Shown: positions 41,784 through 51,889 of the stretch, piece by piece
Position numbering within the stretch: position 1 is the first letter of the stretch
Layout: each line of letters opens with the position of its first letter
IMG/VR virus record: IMGVR_UViG_3300042197_003184
Location: 64,001 to 128,000 of that record
Strand: one strand, 5' to 3'
Origin: a virus
Length of the DNA stretch: 64,000 bases
Translations under genes and position numbers: made by a program
Notes under the pieces: generated by a model
The model's database searches: none
Told to the model about the DNA's origin: nothing
What the model saw: the letters and a program-made list of their open reading frames with translations, nothing else

Positions 41784-42247
41784 AATACACCACAGAGGTT
41801 CTTGATCCAAGATAGATCTGGTGTTACTTTAGAAATTTTTATACCACTCATCTCAACAAAAGTATCAAATATTTTTTTTGCATTTTCATCGAACAAGTGA
41901 GTACCATGATCATCGATCATATAAACTGTTTGAACTCCTTCTTGCCATAAGGCCATAATACAATCATTACAGCATTGACCAGTAACATAAGCGATGCCGT
42001 TGTCTGGCCTTACAACACAGTTGGACAAGGCGTTTCTTTCACTATGAACCATCCACGGATATTTATCCGGGCGATTTTTGGGCAGCTTTGAATCATCCAA
42101 TCCTCTTGGATAACCATTATATCCTACGCCCAGAATTCTATTATGTTGATCAGTAATTACACAACCGTGCTGGGTGTGTATATCATGACTTCTTTGGGAA
42201 ATAACTTTTGCTAATCCCAAAAAATAATCTGTCCAGTTTGGTCTCAT
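41780..42247 (-). CDS. dCMP deaminase
   Basis: WTDYFLGLA, GCVI, GYNG, HSERNA, CCNDC. Confidence 0.9.
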   Translation of the reverse strand: MRPNWTDYFLGLAKVISQRSHDIHTQHGCVITDQHNRILGVGYNGYPRGLDDSKLPKNRPDKYPWMVHSERNALSNCVVRPDNGIAYVTGQCCNDCIMALWQEGVQTVYMIDDHGTHLFDENAKKIFDTFVEMSGIKISKVTPDLSWIKNLCGVL

Positions 42248-42262
42248 TCCTTTTGTTTTTGA

Positions 42263-42508
42263 CTATTTTTCTAAGAGTTTTTTGTAAAATACCAAAGAAG
42301 CCACTGCTCCTGCGACTCCCATGATTACGCCAGATGGTTGTAAGGGCGTCATGCCCAACAGATAGGTTATTATACCACCGGCGTACGATCCTGCAACCCC
42401 TAGTGCTATAGTTTTCCAGAAACCGAAATTTTCTTCCCCTGGAACTATACTCTTGGCTATGGACCCTACAAATAAACCATAAACACTCCAGACCATTAGA
42501 CTAAACAT
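42263..42508 (-). CDS. GlsB/YeaQ/YmgE (transglycosylase-associated) small membrane protein
   Basis: GLFVGSIAKSIVPG..TIALGVAGSYAGG..GVAGAV. Confidence 0.8.
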   Translation of the reverse strand: MFSLMVWSVYGLFVGSIAKSIVPGEENFGFWKTIALGVAGSYAGGIITYLLGMTPLQPSGVIMGVAGAVASLVFYKKLLEK

Positions 42509-42896
42509 TTGCTGCCTCCACTAAAGTAGCTACCTCATCATCCGTGAGAAATTCTCCTGTATCTAACAAAGCACTCAATATCGGTATAGAATACTTATTA
42601 TAATCTTCTTTGCTCATTTCCTTTCGAAGAATTTTTTTAATTCTCATTTTAGTAAACCATCCCTTGCGTATGCTATATGAGCGTATTTGTTCGCCATATA
42701 ATTGACATTTTTTTTGAGCCGTACAATATTCGTCGGCTTTGTCTTTGTTGCATTCTTGTAATATGCGAACACAAGTTAATACTATACTGATAATCATTAA
42801 AACGGTGATAATAGCAAAACCGTAATTATCTTCTTTTGGTATATTGGTTTTAGATAGTATTTTAACGGCAATATTTTTTAGTTTTTCATTAGGCAT
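42501..42896 (-). CDS. Hypothetical single-TM protein
   Basis: FAIITVLMIISIVLTCV hydrophobic stretch. Confidence 0.65.
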   Translation of the reverse strand: MPNEKLKNIAVKILSKTNIPKEDNYGFAIITVLMIISIVLTCVRILQECNKDKADEYCTAQKKCQLYGEQIRSYSIRKGWFTKMRIKKILRKEMSKEDYNKYSIPILSALLDTGEFLTDDEVATLVEAANV

Positions 42897-42929
42897 TCTG
42901 TTGTTCTTTCTTAAATATTGGTAGTATAT

Positions 42930-42937
42930 TATACACC
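42930..42937 (-). promoter_or_regulatory. GGTGTATA intergenic motif (candidate phage promoter)
   Basis: GGTGTATAATAT about 34 nt upstream of the 42896 ATG. Confidence 0.5.
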
Positions 42938-42943
42938 ATAGAA

Positions 42944-44074
42944 CTATCTAATATATATCTCTACTCTCATGCTACGATTAAGTCCTTGAGTACCGGCGGT
43001 AGAATACCAGTCACCAGCGGAGTATGATGCTCCATTGACAGATAAGCCTATTCCACCACTAGCATCACAAGTATTAGCGTCATTTTCATTATTCCACACA
43101 AATCCCCACCTAGCATTAACAGAAGATCCAGAAGTATTCCCTATCATATTAAATCCATATCTTTTATATCCTGTTTGATGACTCCAGATAGCAGTATTCA
43201 TACCAGGAAAATTTAGAGCATTATTAGAAATTTCTCTGGTATTTTGAAATAGATTTAATAGGGTAGATGGAGTAGTTATATCTTCTTTCCATATCCATCC
43301 ATAAGACGGGGCGTATAGACTACCGCCTACCACTCCAACATCAGGCCAAACAGCCATAACCTGAGTACCTACATAAGTATTGAAAATATGGTACTTAGCA
43401 TCAGCGTCGTTTCTGGTGGTATCGCTTGGATTTAAAGTATTGTTGGTGGTCCAATAATTGCTGGAATAATTAAATGTTGTGTCTCTGGTAGCTTTCATAG
43501 CAAGCATCCAGCCACCGTTTTCCAAAGAAGGATCCATTAAGCAATAGGTGTTTTGTCCGTTGATTAGATAGGTTCCGTTATTGGCCGTGCCGCCCGATCT
43601 GTCTAGTATGGTTTTTGCGTTTGGCCAATTATATTCAGATGTCAACATTAAATCTCCACTTAAAATCCATTTATTAGTATCTATTTTAGAGATTGCTGCT
43701 ATGCCATAATTAATAATGTAATCACCTAGAGAGGAATTTATGGTTACTCCTGTATCCCCGACTATTCTTAAAGACGACAGACTATTATTGGAGATATCTA
43801 TAGATGCACCAATAGGAATATTTTCATTATCATTATTGGGTAAAATAATCTGAATATTGGATCCCTGAGTAGGATTAAAAACTATTAGGGATTTTCTGTC
43901 CGAATCTGTTAAGGTATAATCTACCGTACGATAGTATGCTTCTTTTCCAACTATAAAATCAGCAACGTTTTTAAGAGAAACCTTGTAGGTCTTATTGTTG
44001 TTCGTTGCTGGAAACACCATAGATTCGCCGATGTTAACAACGTCTGGTAATAAACTGAGCTTATTATTAATCAT
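42944..44074 (-). CDS. Fibre protein: N-terminal anchor-like domain plus fibrinogen-like C-terminal domain
   Basis: N-terminus paralogous to 62734-63639 (DY.L...D.KS..P.G...G..INS..W..SGDL); TYCLMD...GGWMLAMK fibrinogen-like motif. Confidence 0.7.
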   Translation of the reverse strand: MINNKLSLLPDVVNIGESMVFPATNNNKTYKVSLKNVADFIVGKEAYYRTVDYTLTDSDRKSLIVFNPTQGSNIQIILPNNDNENIPIGASIDISNNSLSSLRIVGDTGVTINSSLGDYIINYGIAAISKIDTNKWILSGDLMLTSEYNWPNAKTILDRSGGTANNGTYLINGQNTYCLMDPSLENGGWMLAMKATRDTTFNYSSNYWTTNNTLNPSDTTRNDADAKYHIFNTYVGTQVMAVWPDVGVVGGSLYAPSYGWIWKEDITTPSTLLNLFQNTREISNNALNFPGMNTAIWSHQTGYKRYGFNMIGNTSGSSVNARWGFVWNNENDANTCDASGGIGLSVNGASYSAGDWYSTAGTQGLNRSMRVEIYIR

Positions 44075-44075
44075 T

Positions 44076-44345
44076 TCAGAGAATTTCTATATTAAACAAA
44101 TTCTGTAATCCATTTTGTAGATCTTCGCCCAAAACCTCTAATACTCTATCTTCTAATTGAGCTTGAGTATAGTCTCCAGCGTTATCATACTCCGGACCTC
44201 TCCACACCATTAGTGGTCGGGCTGCTGGATGAAGTCTAACTAATACTGTTTTTCTTGACGGATGATCAAAAATAACAATATCTAGATCGTCAAGCACTAT
44301 TTCCGAACCATTTGCATTAACCGTAATTGGATTATTTAATTTCAT
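44076..44345 (-). CDS. Small fibre-associated hypothetical protein
   Basis: 89-aa ORF between fibre genes. Confidence 0.6.
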   Translation of the reverse strand: MKLNNPITVNANGSEIVLDDLDIVIFDHPSRKTVLVRLHPAARPLMVWRGPEYDNAGDYTQAQLEDRVLEVLGEDLQNGLQNLFNIEIL

Positions 44346-44358
44346 AATTGATACCCTT

Positions 44359-45213
44359 TTATCTAACGTAAATTTCTACTCTCATACTTCTATTGTATCT
44401 TTGCGTCCCAGCGGTATTGTATTTATCTCCAGCAGAATAATTCACTCCATAGCTCATACCAATTCCACCACTAGCATCACAACTATTAGCGTCATTTTCA
44501 CCATTCCACACAAATCCCCACCGAGCTGCTGCTGAACCAGCACCACTTACTCCATTATGTCCGCCAGAAGCCCCCTGAACATTAAAGCCATATTGTCTAT
44601 ATCCGTCTTGATAACTCCAAACATTACTATTAAAACCACCAAAATTAAATCCTGTGCCATAATATGTAGTGGTTTGAAATAGATTTAATAATGTAGATGC
44701 TGTTGGCATGGTTTGTTTCCATATCCATCCATATGCTGGTGCATTTATACTACCACCTGTCACATTTAAATCTGGCCATATAGCCATAACTTCAGTACCA
44801 ACAAAAGTATTAAATATATGATATTTAGCATCAGCATCATTTCTGGTAACATCTGTTGCATTTAGTATGTTATTAGTAGTCCAATAATTTGCACTATAAT
44901 TGAATGTTGTACCTCTCGTAGCTTTCATAGCCAACATCCATCCTCCTCCGTCTACCGCACTATCCATAATACAGTAAGTTGGGTTATTATTAATTATATA
45001 AGATCCATTGTCTGCTGATGGTATAATATTTTTAAGAGCAGAGGCACTATTCCAAGATGTTTCTGTTAAGTCCGTAAATCCTCCAGAATATGGAACTACA
45101 CCAGTAACTGCTGTGGAATAATTTCCTGTGCCTATTGGGTTTACGGCTGCCACTTGGAATGAGTAGGACAAATCGTTAGTTAGTCCTGTAAGTAGTTTAT
45201 TGAGTTTGGCCAT
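44359..45213 (-). CDS. Fibre protein: orphan FN3 C-half plus fibrinogen-like domain
   Basis: Starts LTGLTNDLSYSFQVAAVNPIGTGNYS; C-domain closely paralogous to 42944-44074; AGGAG RBS. Confidence 0.75.
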   Translation of the reverse strand: MAKLNKLLTGLTNDLSYSFQVAAVNPIGTGNYSTAVTGVVPYSGGFTDLTETSWNSASALKNIIPSADNGSYIINNNPTYCIMDSAVDGGGWMLAMKATRGTTFNYSANYWTTNNILNATDVTRNDADAKYHIFNTFVGTEVMAIWPDLNVTGGSINAPAYGWIWKQTMPTASTLLNLFQTTTYYGTGFNFGGFNSNVWSYQDGYRQYGFNVQGASGGHNGVSGAGSAAARWGFVWNGENDANSCDASGGIGMSYGVNYSAGDKYNTAGTQRYNRSMRVEIYVR

Positions 45214-45221
45214 ATATTCTC

Positions 45222-47102
45222 CTAGAATGTGATGCTCCCGCTGCCTGTGAACGTGTAGTATGTGTATCCGCCGCTCTCGGTGCGCGTTGGCGAGCCGGTT
45301 GTAGACGCAGCAGTCACGGAGCCAAGCGTTCGCAAAATCACAACGCCAGAACCGCCAGCGCCGCCGCTTCCAGCAACGCCACTGCTTGACCCACCACCAC
45401 CGCCGCCCGTGTTAGCGATTCCAGCCGAACCGGGATTGTTGGGATTCCCATTTCCGCCGGCACCGCCTCCGCCGAGTCCGGCTGCGCCGACCGTGCCGCC
45501 GTCCCACAGACCCCCAGAGCCACCGCCCGCGTAGTAGGTTCCGTTGAGCCACTGCGACCCGTTGCCACCAGCGCCGGAGTACCCAGTATTAGATGCACCA
45601 CTTGCAGCACCGCCAGCGGCACCTGCGCCACCACCGCCACCACCGTGTCCAGCGGTTGCGTCGGACGAACCTGCGCCGCCGCTGTTGCCCTGTCCTGACG
45701 TGCCGGTGCCAGCCGTTGTGGGATTTGTTCCAGCCCCGCCACCACCGGAGCCTCCGGTGCCGCCAGCGTAGGTTTGCCCGGTGCTTATGCGAGTGCCGCC
45801 GCCACCACCGCCGGCCGATGTAACCGTGAAGGCCGATGAGTTGCTTCCAGCAACACCAGCGCCGCCGATGTTTACCCCGCCAGCGCCACCAGAACCGACC
45901 GTTACCGTGTATTGAGTACCGGCCGTCAACGTCGTTGAGCCAGACCGATACCCGCCAGCGCCGCCGCCACCGCCGTGCGAGCCGCCGCCACCGCCACCGC
46001 CTGCTATGACGAGGTATTCAACCGTAATGGATCCAGATGAAGAAACAATTAACGTTGCAACACTGCTAATGAGGCTCACTCCTCCTGTTGATTTGACTAT
46101 ACAACGATAAATTTCTCCATTATTATCAGCTTCAGTTAAATTTGATAAAGATAATGTACTGCTAGTGGCTCCAGAAATATTAGAAAAAGATGAATTGCCT
46201 TTCTTTTTCTGCCACTGATAACTTAGTGTTGCTCCTAATGTAACACTAGCGGTTATGCTAAATGAAGCATTTCCAGCACTAACAGTTTGATTAGATGGTT
46301 GAGAGCTTATGGTAATAATTGGAGAAACTGGGAATGGTACAGGTGATGGTGTGAAGTTGGATGAATAACGGGCTATTCCTTTGGTTATTCTGATTTCGTC
46401 AATATATCCTGATAATAGATAGTTAGTATCATAATATCCTCCAACACAAAGATGTTGACCAGAACAGTTGCCACTAGCTGTGCCAGAAGCTGCAAGATTA
46501 CCATTGACAAATATTCTAATAATCCCAGACTGTCTACAGACCGCAATATGATACCACTGATTAGTATTGATCAACGATGCTGGTGTTGCGATGCTTGTTC
46601 CGGCAACATTTACTCTAAGAGCACCATTATTATAATTGATTATAATGCCGGTTGTATATGAGGTTGATAGTCCTCCGGACTGATTAGTGGTTTGGATCCA
46701 GCCTCTTTGGGTAGTAGAAGATACATCACTGGAATAAACCCAAGCTTCTACTGTAAAATCACCAGTATCAAAAGCAAAAGACGAACTACTAGCCGACAAA
46801 TAATCTCCAGACCCATCAAAATAAGCCGAAGACCCACCGAACTTGCTCTGATCTGACGATTGAGTAGCATCCCCCGATACTGTTAACGTATGATTATACG
46901 ACGAACTATCAACAAAAGAATTTCCAGTTCCGTCCATATGCATCAACAAACTCACATTACCAAAATAAGGATCTGGTACTGGCATAGCAGTATATAATGT
47001 ATTGTAAGCTCCTTGTCCAATACTATTAAGAGCAGCAACTCTAAAAATATAGTCGCCACTAGGAAGAGGAGAAATATTAGCTGTAGTATTAAGTGTTGTC
47101 AT
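45222..47102 (-). CDS. Fibre protein: orphan FN3 C-half, LamG, Ig-like and Gly-rich domains
   Basis: TAATG overlap sets the start at 47102; DYIFRVAALN, DPYFGNVSLLMHMD..GYIDEIRITKG, LSYQWQK, VEYLVIAGGGGGG. Confidence 0.8.
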   Translation of the reverse strand: MTTLNTTANISPLPSGDYIFRVAALNSIGQGAYNTLYTAMPVPDPYFGNVSLLMHMDGTGNSFVDSSSYNHTLTVSGDATQSSDQSKFGGSSAYFDGSGDYLSASSSSFAFDTGDFTVEAWVYSSDVSSTTQRGWIQTTNQSGGLSTSYTTGIIINYNNGALRVNVAGTSIATPASLINTNQWYHIAVCRQSGIIRIFVNGNLAASGTASGNCSGQHLCVGGYYDTNYLLSGYIDEIRITKGIARYSSNFTPSPVPFPVSPIITISSQPSNQTVSAGNASFSITASVTLGATLSYQWQKKKGNSSFSNISGATSSTLSLSNLTEADNNGEIYRCIVKSTGGVSLISSVATLIVSSSGSITVEYLVIAGGGGGGGSHGGGGGAGGYRSGSTTLTAGTQYTVTVGSGGAGGVNIGGAGVAGSNSSAFTVTSAGGGGGGTRISTGQTYAGGTGGSGGGGAGTNPTTAGTGTSGQGNSGGAGSSDATAGHGGGGGGAGAAGGAASGASNTGYSGAGGNGSQWLNGTYYAGGGSGGLWDGGTVGAAGLGGGGAGGNGNPNNPGSAGIANTGGGGGGSSSGVAGSGGAGGSGVVILRTLGSVTAASTTGSPTRTESGGYTYYTFTGSGSITF

Positions 47103-50100
47103 TATACTATACCCCATTTAGATATTAGATACGCTTCAACAAGGTCGGCTTCGGCGTCGCTGATTTTGCTGTTATAGGCGACGATCTCGCAGATGTACCC
47201 GCTCCACGGATATTCATTGTTATAGGGGTATGCGCCGATCTGCGTCGGTTGGTTTGTTGTTGTAATGCCAGAAACGTTAGTATCTGCCGTGCCGTCAACA
47301 CCATTTAGGCCCACAAATCCGTTGTCGGCACCCAGCCTGAGCGCGGCTAGGAATGTCGTGTTTGCAGAAATACTGCCCTTCGTTGGCGCGCGAAGACTCG
47401 GGGTCCACCAATGCGTTTCAACATTAGACCCGTTGATGCGAAGAAACTGATGGGCGCGTGGGTTGACATTAGGGTTGTCCTTGTTCACCAGCAAACCAAT
47501 GCTTGACGTGGATGTTTTTTGTGCGACAACAAACAGCGACACATGCCCAGACCCGTTTTCAATATTGCCACTGAACTCCAGCCCGTCGTTACTGCCGTCA
47601 AAAAACAGCGCATCCTTAGCGCTGACGACGCCCGCCTTTCGCAGCGGCCGATTTGCACTCGTCCCCTGCGTCGCGTGCCGCCCGTTCCCCGACTTGTCCT
47701 CCCACCGCGCCACGCTGCCATCGGCTGCGACGAGACTGCCCCCACTAGTCGAATCATAGAGCGTAGAAGCATCACTACTATCTAGCCACAACTGCAATCC
47801 TGATATTGAGCTGGGACTAAATGTTGGGGGTGTTGGCGGCGTTTCAATATGAGAAGTCCAATTATTTCCTCCATCATTACTATATTGTACTAAGTATCCA
47901 GTTATTGCTGGTAACACTAGTTCATTAGACCAATTTAATTGGACACCACTAACAGAAGTTTGGTTAATAGTAAAGTTTGGTGGAGGTGGAGGAACTTCTT
48001 GATAATCTATCCAATTATTACCACCGTCAGTAGAGTATCTAACATTATAAGAAATTGGCAATGAACGACCATCATCCGCTGGACTGTCCCAAGTTAATAA
48101 TGCTCTACTATCACCAGCAGCTCCTGTCAAGTTGTTGATGATTGAAGGCACAGTAGCCTCAGAAATATTAGGAGTAGCAGAAATTATAGAGGTATAGCTA
48201 CTTGAACCAACACTATTTACAGCTTTCATTCTGAAATAATATGTTGTTCCATTGGTTAGTCCCGTAACATAAATACCACTATTTGAAAATGCTAAAGTAT
48301 CAGTAAAAGTAGTCCAATTAGTTTGATCAGTACTATATTCTATAGAATACGTTGTGCTAGATGGCAATCCACCGCTATTTCCTTTTGTCCAAGATAGTGC
48401 TACTAGCTGATCTCCTGGATCAGCAGCAAAATTAGTTACTGATGATGGGACTATAGCGGTAAAGTCTATGTAAAAATAATTATTGTAACCGTCTTGAACT
48501 ACAGAATACTCGGATTCTGTTGTGGAACTTGACCCGTTAGTAATACCACTATACGGCCATAAGTCTTTTAATACTGTTCTAAAATATACTCTTCCACTCA
48601 GATCTACCAATGGAGTTAAATGATTATCAGTATTTCCGTATGATATATATTTAAGATTTATGTCGTTTGCAGAGTTTGTGTATGTCCATAATCCTTCGGC
48701 AGGATTTAATGAATATTGGAATTTTAGAGCCGTATCATTGCCTGTATACCAACTATTGTCTGGCGTTGGACCATATCCATTAGCGTATACACCTATATTA
48801 AGTCTTTCATTAGCATTAGCATACAAACCAAAATAAGATTTATTATTTATAGTTTCATATTGTCCGGTATGTCTATTATAATCATGATAGAACTCATAAT
48901 TATAATAATTGTAACTTAGATTGACTAATCTAACAGCTGGTGTTACCACAGTTGTTGAGTATGCAGAAGTTACTACGCATCTTACAGGATCTTTTCCTGC
49001 TGGACTATTATAAGAATAGTTATTTGCAGCATTAAATGATTGAGTATTAATAGTTAAACTTGATGATGTGGCACCATCAATATTTTGCCAACTTCTTCCA
49101 TAGTCTCCATAATAGTTATTAATGTCTGTATCGTATTTTTGCCACTGATATGTTAATGCAGAATTGTCCGGGATTGTCGCGGTAACAGTGAAAGTTGTGC
49201 TTTCATTATAGCTTATTACTCTATCGTTTTTCGGTGCTGAAGTTATTGTTAGTACTGGAGGAGGAGCAACCAGAGTCGAAGAGCTTGTTAGATAATTGCT
49301 ATATCCTCCACTATTTTGTGCTCTAACTCTGAAGATATAATTTTTATTATTTGGCAAGTTAATTACTCTAGCATTAGCAAATTCCGTACTGAACACAGCC
49401 GTAAATGCTTCTGTGTACAATGCCTCTCCAACGGTATATCTTAATTCGTCTAGTCTTCCTAGTATATAGTTGTTTGGATTATGAGATGCTGATTCTCCTC
49501 CCATAATAACAAGACCTCCGGATGAGAAATTGTCATTATTAGTATCTGCTATTTCTAATATCTTTGCTCCTTCGAGGAAAATTCTCATTGTTCCATTATT
49601 GCGACAAAAGGCTAAGTGTATTGGTTTCTTATTGTATTGACCGACACCGTAATTATTTGTATTACCTCTTAATGAACCAGATACATTGACACTATAAACG
49701 GAAGACCCATTAACATATTTATGAATTCTAACAGTATTCCAGTCAATATTTTGTATACCAAAATATGATCCAGATGAACCGTTGTGGGAGCCAAATAGTC
49801 TACCTATACCACCAACAGCATATGGTTCATCAAACATGACAAACATTTCAAGAGTGTAATTCCCTGTCCCGGGATTTAGATCACTAGAACTGTCAACTTT
49901 AACAATATAAGGAGAAGAGTATCCTGATGTTCTATTGTATTGTATGTCTAAACATCCTGTTCCAAATTTTTGATATGTACCAGCAGATGATGCTCCTCCA
50001 ATGAATGCTGGATTGTTATTAGTATTCCAAAGAACATTTCTATTATAAAGAGAATAATCTTTAACTTTAGCATTACCTCTAATATCCCCCTTATTAAAGT

Positions 50101-51874
50101 GGAGCAATAGTCTGGTTGGAGATGACGAAACCGATGTCCATGATTGGGGATCTGTATCTTCTGTATATTGTAGATCATAAGATACTAATACTGATTTGTC
50201 GCTTGGAGGAGCAGAGAAGTCTATTTCTGCCGAAGCATCTCTACCATAAGCTGTTATACTAGGTGGAGCTTCTGGAGCAGTTATGGTTGGGGCTATATTT
50301 GAGAATGGTAGGGTTGGAGGTGTGAATATTGTGCCATCCGGATATCTGCATACTCCGCGAGTAATACGAATATCATCTAGATAACCTGCATAAAATGCAG
50401 TGTTATGGTATCTTCCAATATTTAAAGGACCAGTACCAGTAGCTATTCTACCACTAGAAGATCTTGTTGTTATTTGAGTACCATTCTGATAAGTTCTTAA
50501 AGTATTGCCTTGTCGAACAACAGCATAATGAACCCAATTATTTAAACTAATAGCGCCCATATCCATTTCGCTAGCAATATTCCAATTGTCATAGTTAGGA
50601 TCTTGACAAAAATAAGCCCGAACTCTGTTATTAGCTGCATAGCCTATTAAAAATGGGTTATATCCTTGATCGGTATTTGTGCGACACATTACTGATCTAC
50701 CACTAGTACTATCAGTTCTATATTCCCAATACTCTATTGTGAAATCTTCAGCACCAAAATCAAATCCAGGATGATCCGGAATCGTCACATAGTCTCCACT
50801 ACCATCAAAATACATACTTGATCCACCAAATTTATTTCGTGCAATACTGATTTTGGCATCGCCTTGAGCTGTGGAAGTTTTGGGTAAGTACGATGAGTCT
50901 ACAATGTTTGTACTATTATGACTTTCGTCAAAATGCAATAACAGCGAAGTGCTGTAGAAATATGGGTCTGGGTTGGTGTCAACTGCTGGTTCTGCTGGAA
51001 CTAGATTTGATTCGCTAACATATGAACCAATACCAGTATAATTAACAGCACCCACTCTAACGCTATATGTTGTGCCGTTTGTGAGTCCCGTAACACTAAT
51101 AGCAGGAACAACACTGGGAGAGTGAGCAAAATCCGTCCAGTTAGTGCCGTCTGTTGAATATTGGATACTATAATCAGTTATTATTCCACCATTATCCTCA
51201 GCGGGTGCTGTCCAAATCATATTAATTTTTTGTACCAATGGACCAGCGATAAGCTCTGTTGGAGCATTGGGCGGGGTGACAGGAGTTCCAGTAGAAGGAA
51301 ATGGAGCATGTAGTGTTTTGATATCAAAATTAGATGTATATTTGGCAGATCCTATGCCTTTGGTGATTCTGATTTCGTCCATAAAGCCACTAAAGGTTTC
51401 ACTACCATTAGTACGTCCCCCAATGAATAATGACTTGCTTGCTCCTAGATCACCACCATTACTAATAGACAATGATGCTGTACCATTAATAAAAACCTTA
51501 ACGGTGCTGCCGCTTCTAACAAGAGCCAAATGACTCCAAGAGTTTAAAGGAACATTGCCAGGATTCCAATTATATTGAGAGTTATTAATATATAGATTAT
51601 CACCACCAGTACCCATTCTCCATAGTATACCGCTTGTATAAGATCCTATTTCAAATAATGTTCTCCAATTATTATTATCATAAGCGTAAACCCATAATTC
51701 TACTGTAAAATCACCGGTTCCGAAACCAAAATCAGTATTATCAGCAACTGAAGCATAAGCCCCATTATTCAAGTATAAAGAAGCTCCACCAAATCGACTT
51801 CTTAGGGAGCTGATAGCTGCTCCATTATTTAGTGTGACGGTTTTAGGTTTTGGTGACGAATCTATTATACTCAT
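47102..51874 (-). CDS. 1590-aa fibre/adhesin protein with LamG, FN3 and Ig domains
   Basis: Repeated DFT.E.W, W.H.A..R and DEIRITKG LamG motifs; FN3 W/Y patterns; C-terminal LQLWLD..W.DKSGNG domain. Confidence 0.85.
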   Translation of the reverse strand: MSIIDSSPKPKTVTLNNGAAISSLRSRFGGASLYLNNGAYASVADNTDFGFGTGDFTVELWVYAYDNNNWRTLFEIGSYTSGILWRMGTGGDNLYINNSQYNWNPGNVPLNSWSHLALVRSGSTVKVFINGTASLSISNGGDLGASKSLFIGGRTNGSETFSGFMDEIRITKGIGSAKYTSNFDIKTLHAPFPSTGTPVTPPNAPTELIAGPLVQKINMIWTAPAEDNGGIITDYSIQYSTDGTNWTDFAHSPSVVPAISVTGLTNGTTYSVRVGAVNYTGIGSYVSESNLVPAEPAVDTNPDPYFYSTSLLLHFDESHNSTNIVDSSYLPKTSTAQGDAKISIARNKFGGSSMYFDGSGDYVTIPDHPGFDFGAEDFTIEYWEYRTDSTSGRSVMCRTNTDQGYNPFLIGYAANNRVRAYFCQDPNYDNWNIASEMDMGAISLNNWVHYAVVRQGNTLRTYQNGTQITTRSSSGRIATGTGPLNIGRYHNTAFYAGYLDDIRITRGVCRYPDGTIFTPPTLPFSNIAPTITAPEAPPSITAYGRDASAEIDFSAPPSDKSVLVSYDLQYTEDTDPQSWTSVSSSPTRLLLHFNKGDIRGNAKVKDYSLYNRNVLWNTNNNPAFIGGASSAGTYQKFGTGCLDIQYNRTSGYSSPYIVKVDSSSDLNPGTGNYTLEMFVMFDEPYAVGGIGRLFGSHNGSSGSYFGIQNIDWNTVRIHKYVNGSSVYSVNVSGSLRGNTNNYGVGQYNKKPIHLAFCRNNGTMRIFLEGAKILEIADTNNDNFSSGGLVIMGGESASHNPNNYILGRLDELRYTVGEALYTEAFTAVFSTEFANARVINLPNNKNYIFRVRAQNSGGYSNYLTSSSTLVAPPPVLTITSAPKNDRVISYNESTTFTVTATIPDNSALTYQWQKYDTDINNYYGDYGRSWQNIDGATSSSLTINTQSFNAANNYSYNSPAGKDPVRCVVTSAYSTTVVTPAVRLVNLSYNYYNYEFYHDYNRHTGQYETINNKSYFGLYANANERLNIGVYANGYGPTPDNSWYTGNDTALKFQYSLNPAEGLWTYTNSANDINLKYISYGNTDNHLTPLVDLSGRVYFRTVLKDLWPYSGITNGSSSTTESEYSVVQDGYNNYFYIDFTAIVPSSVTNFAADPGDQLVALSWTKGNSGGLPSSTTYSIEYSTDQTNWTTFTDTLAFSNSGIYVTGLTNGTTYYFRMKAVNSVGSSSYTSIISATPNISEATVPSIINNLTGAAGDSRALLTWDSPADDGRSLPISYNVRYSTDGGNNWIDYQEVPPPPPNFTINQTSVSGVQLNWSNELVLPAITGYLVQYSNDGGNNWTSHIETPPTPPTFSPSSISGLQLWLDSSDASTLYDSTSGGSLVAADGSVARWEDKSGNGRHATQGTSANRPLRKAGVVSAKDALFFDGSNDGLEFSGNIENGSGHVSLFVVAQKTSTSSIGLLVNKDNPNVNPRAHQFLRINGSNVETHWWTPSLRAPTKGSISANTTFLAALRLGADNGFVGLNGVDGTADTNVSGITTTNQPTQIGAYPYNNEYPWSGYICEIVAYNSKISDAEADLVEAYLISKWGIV

Positions 51875-51889
51875 TTTATTATGGCCCTA

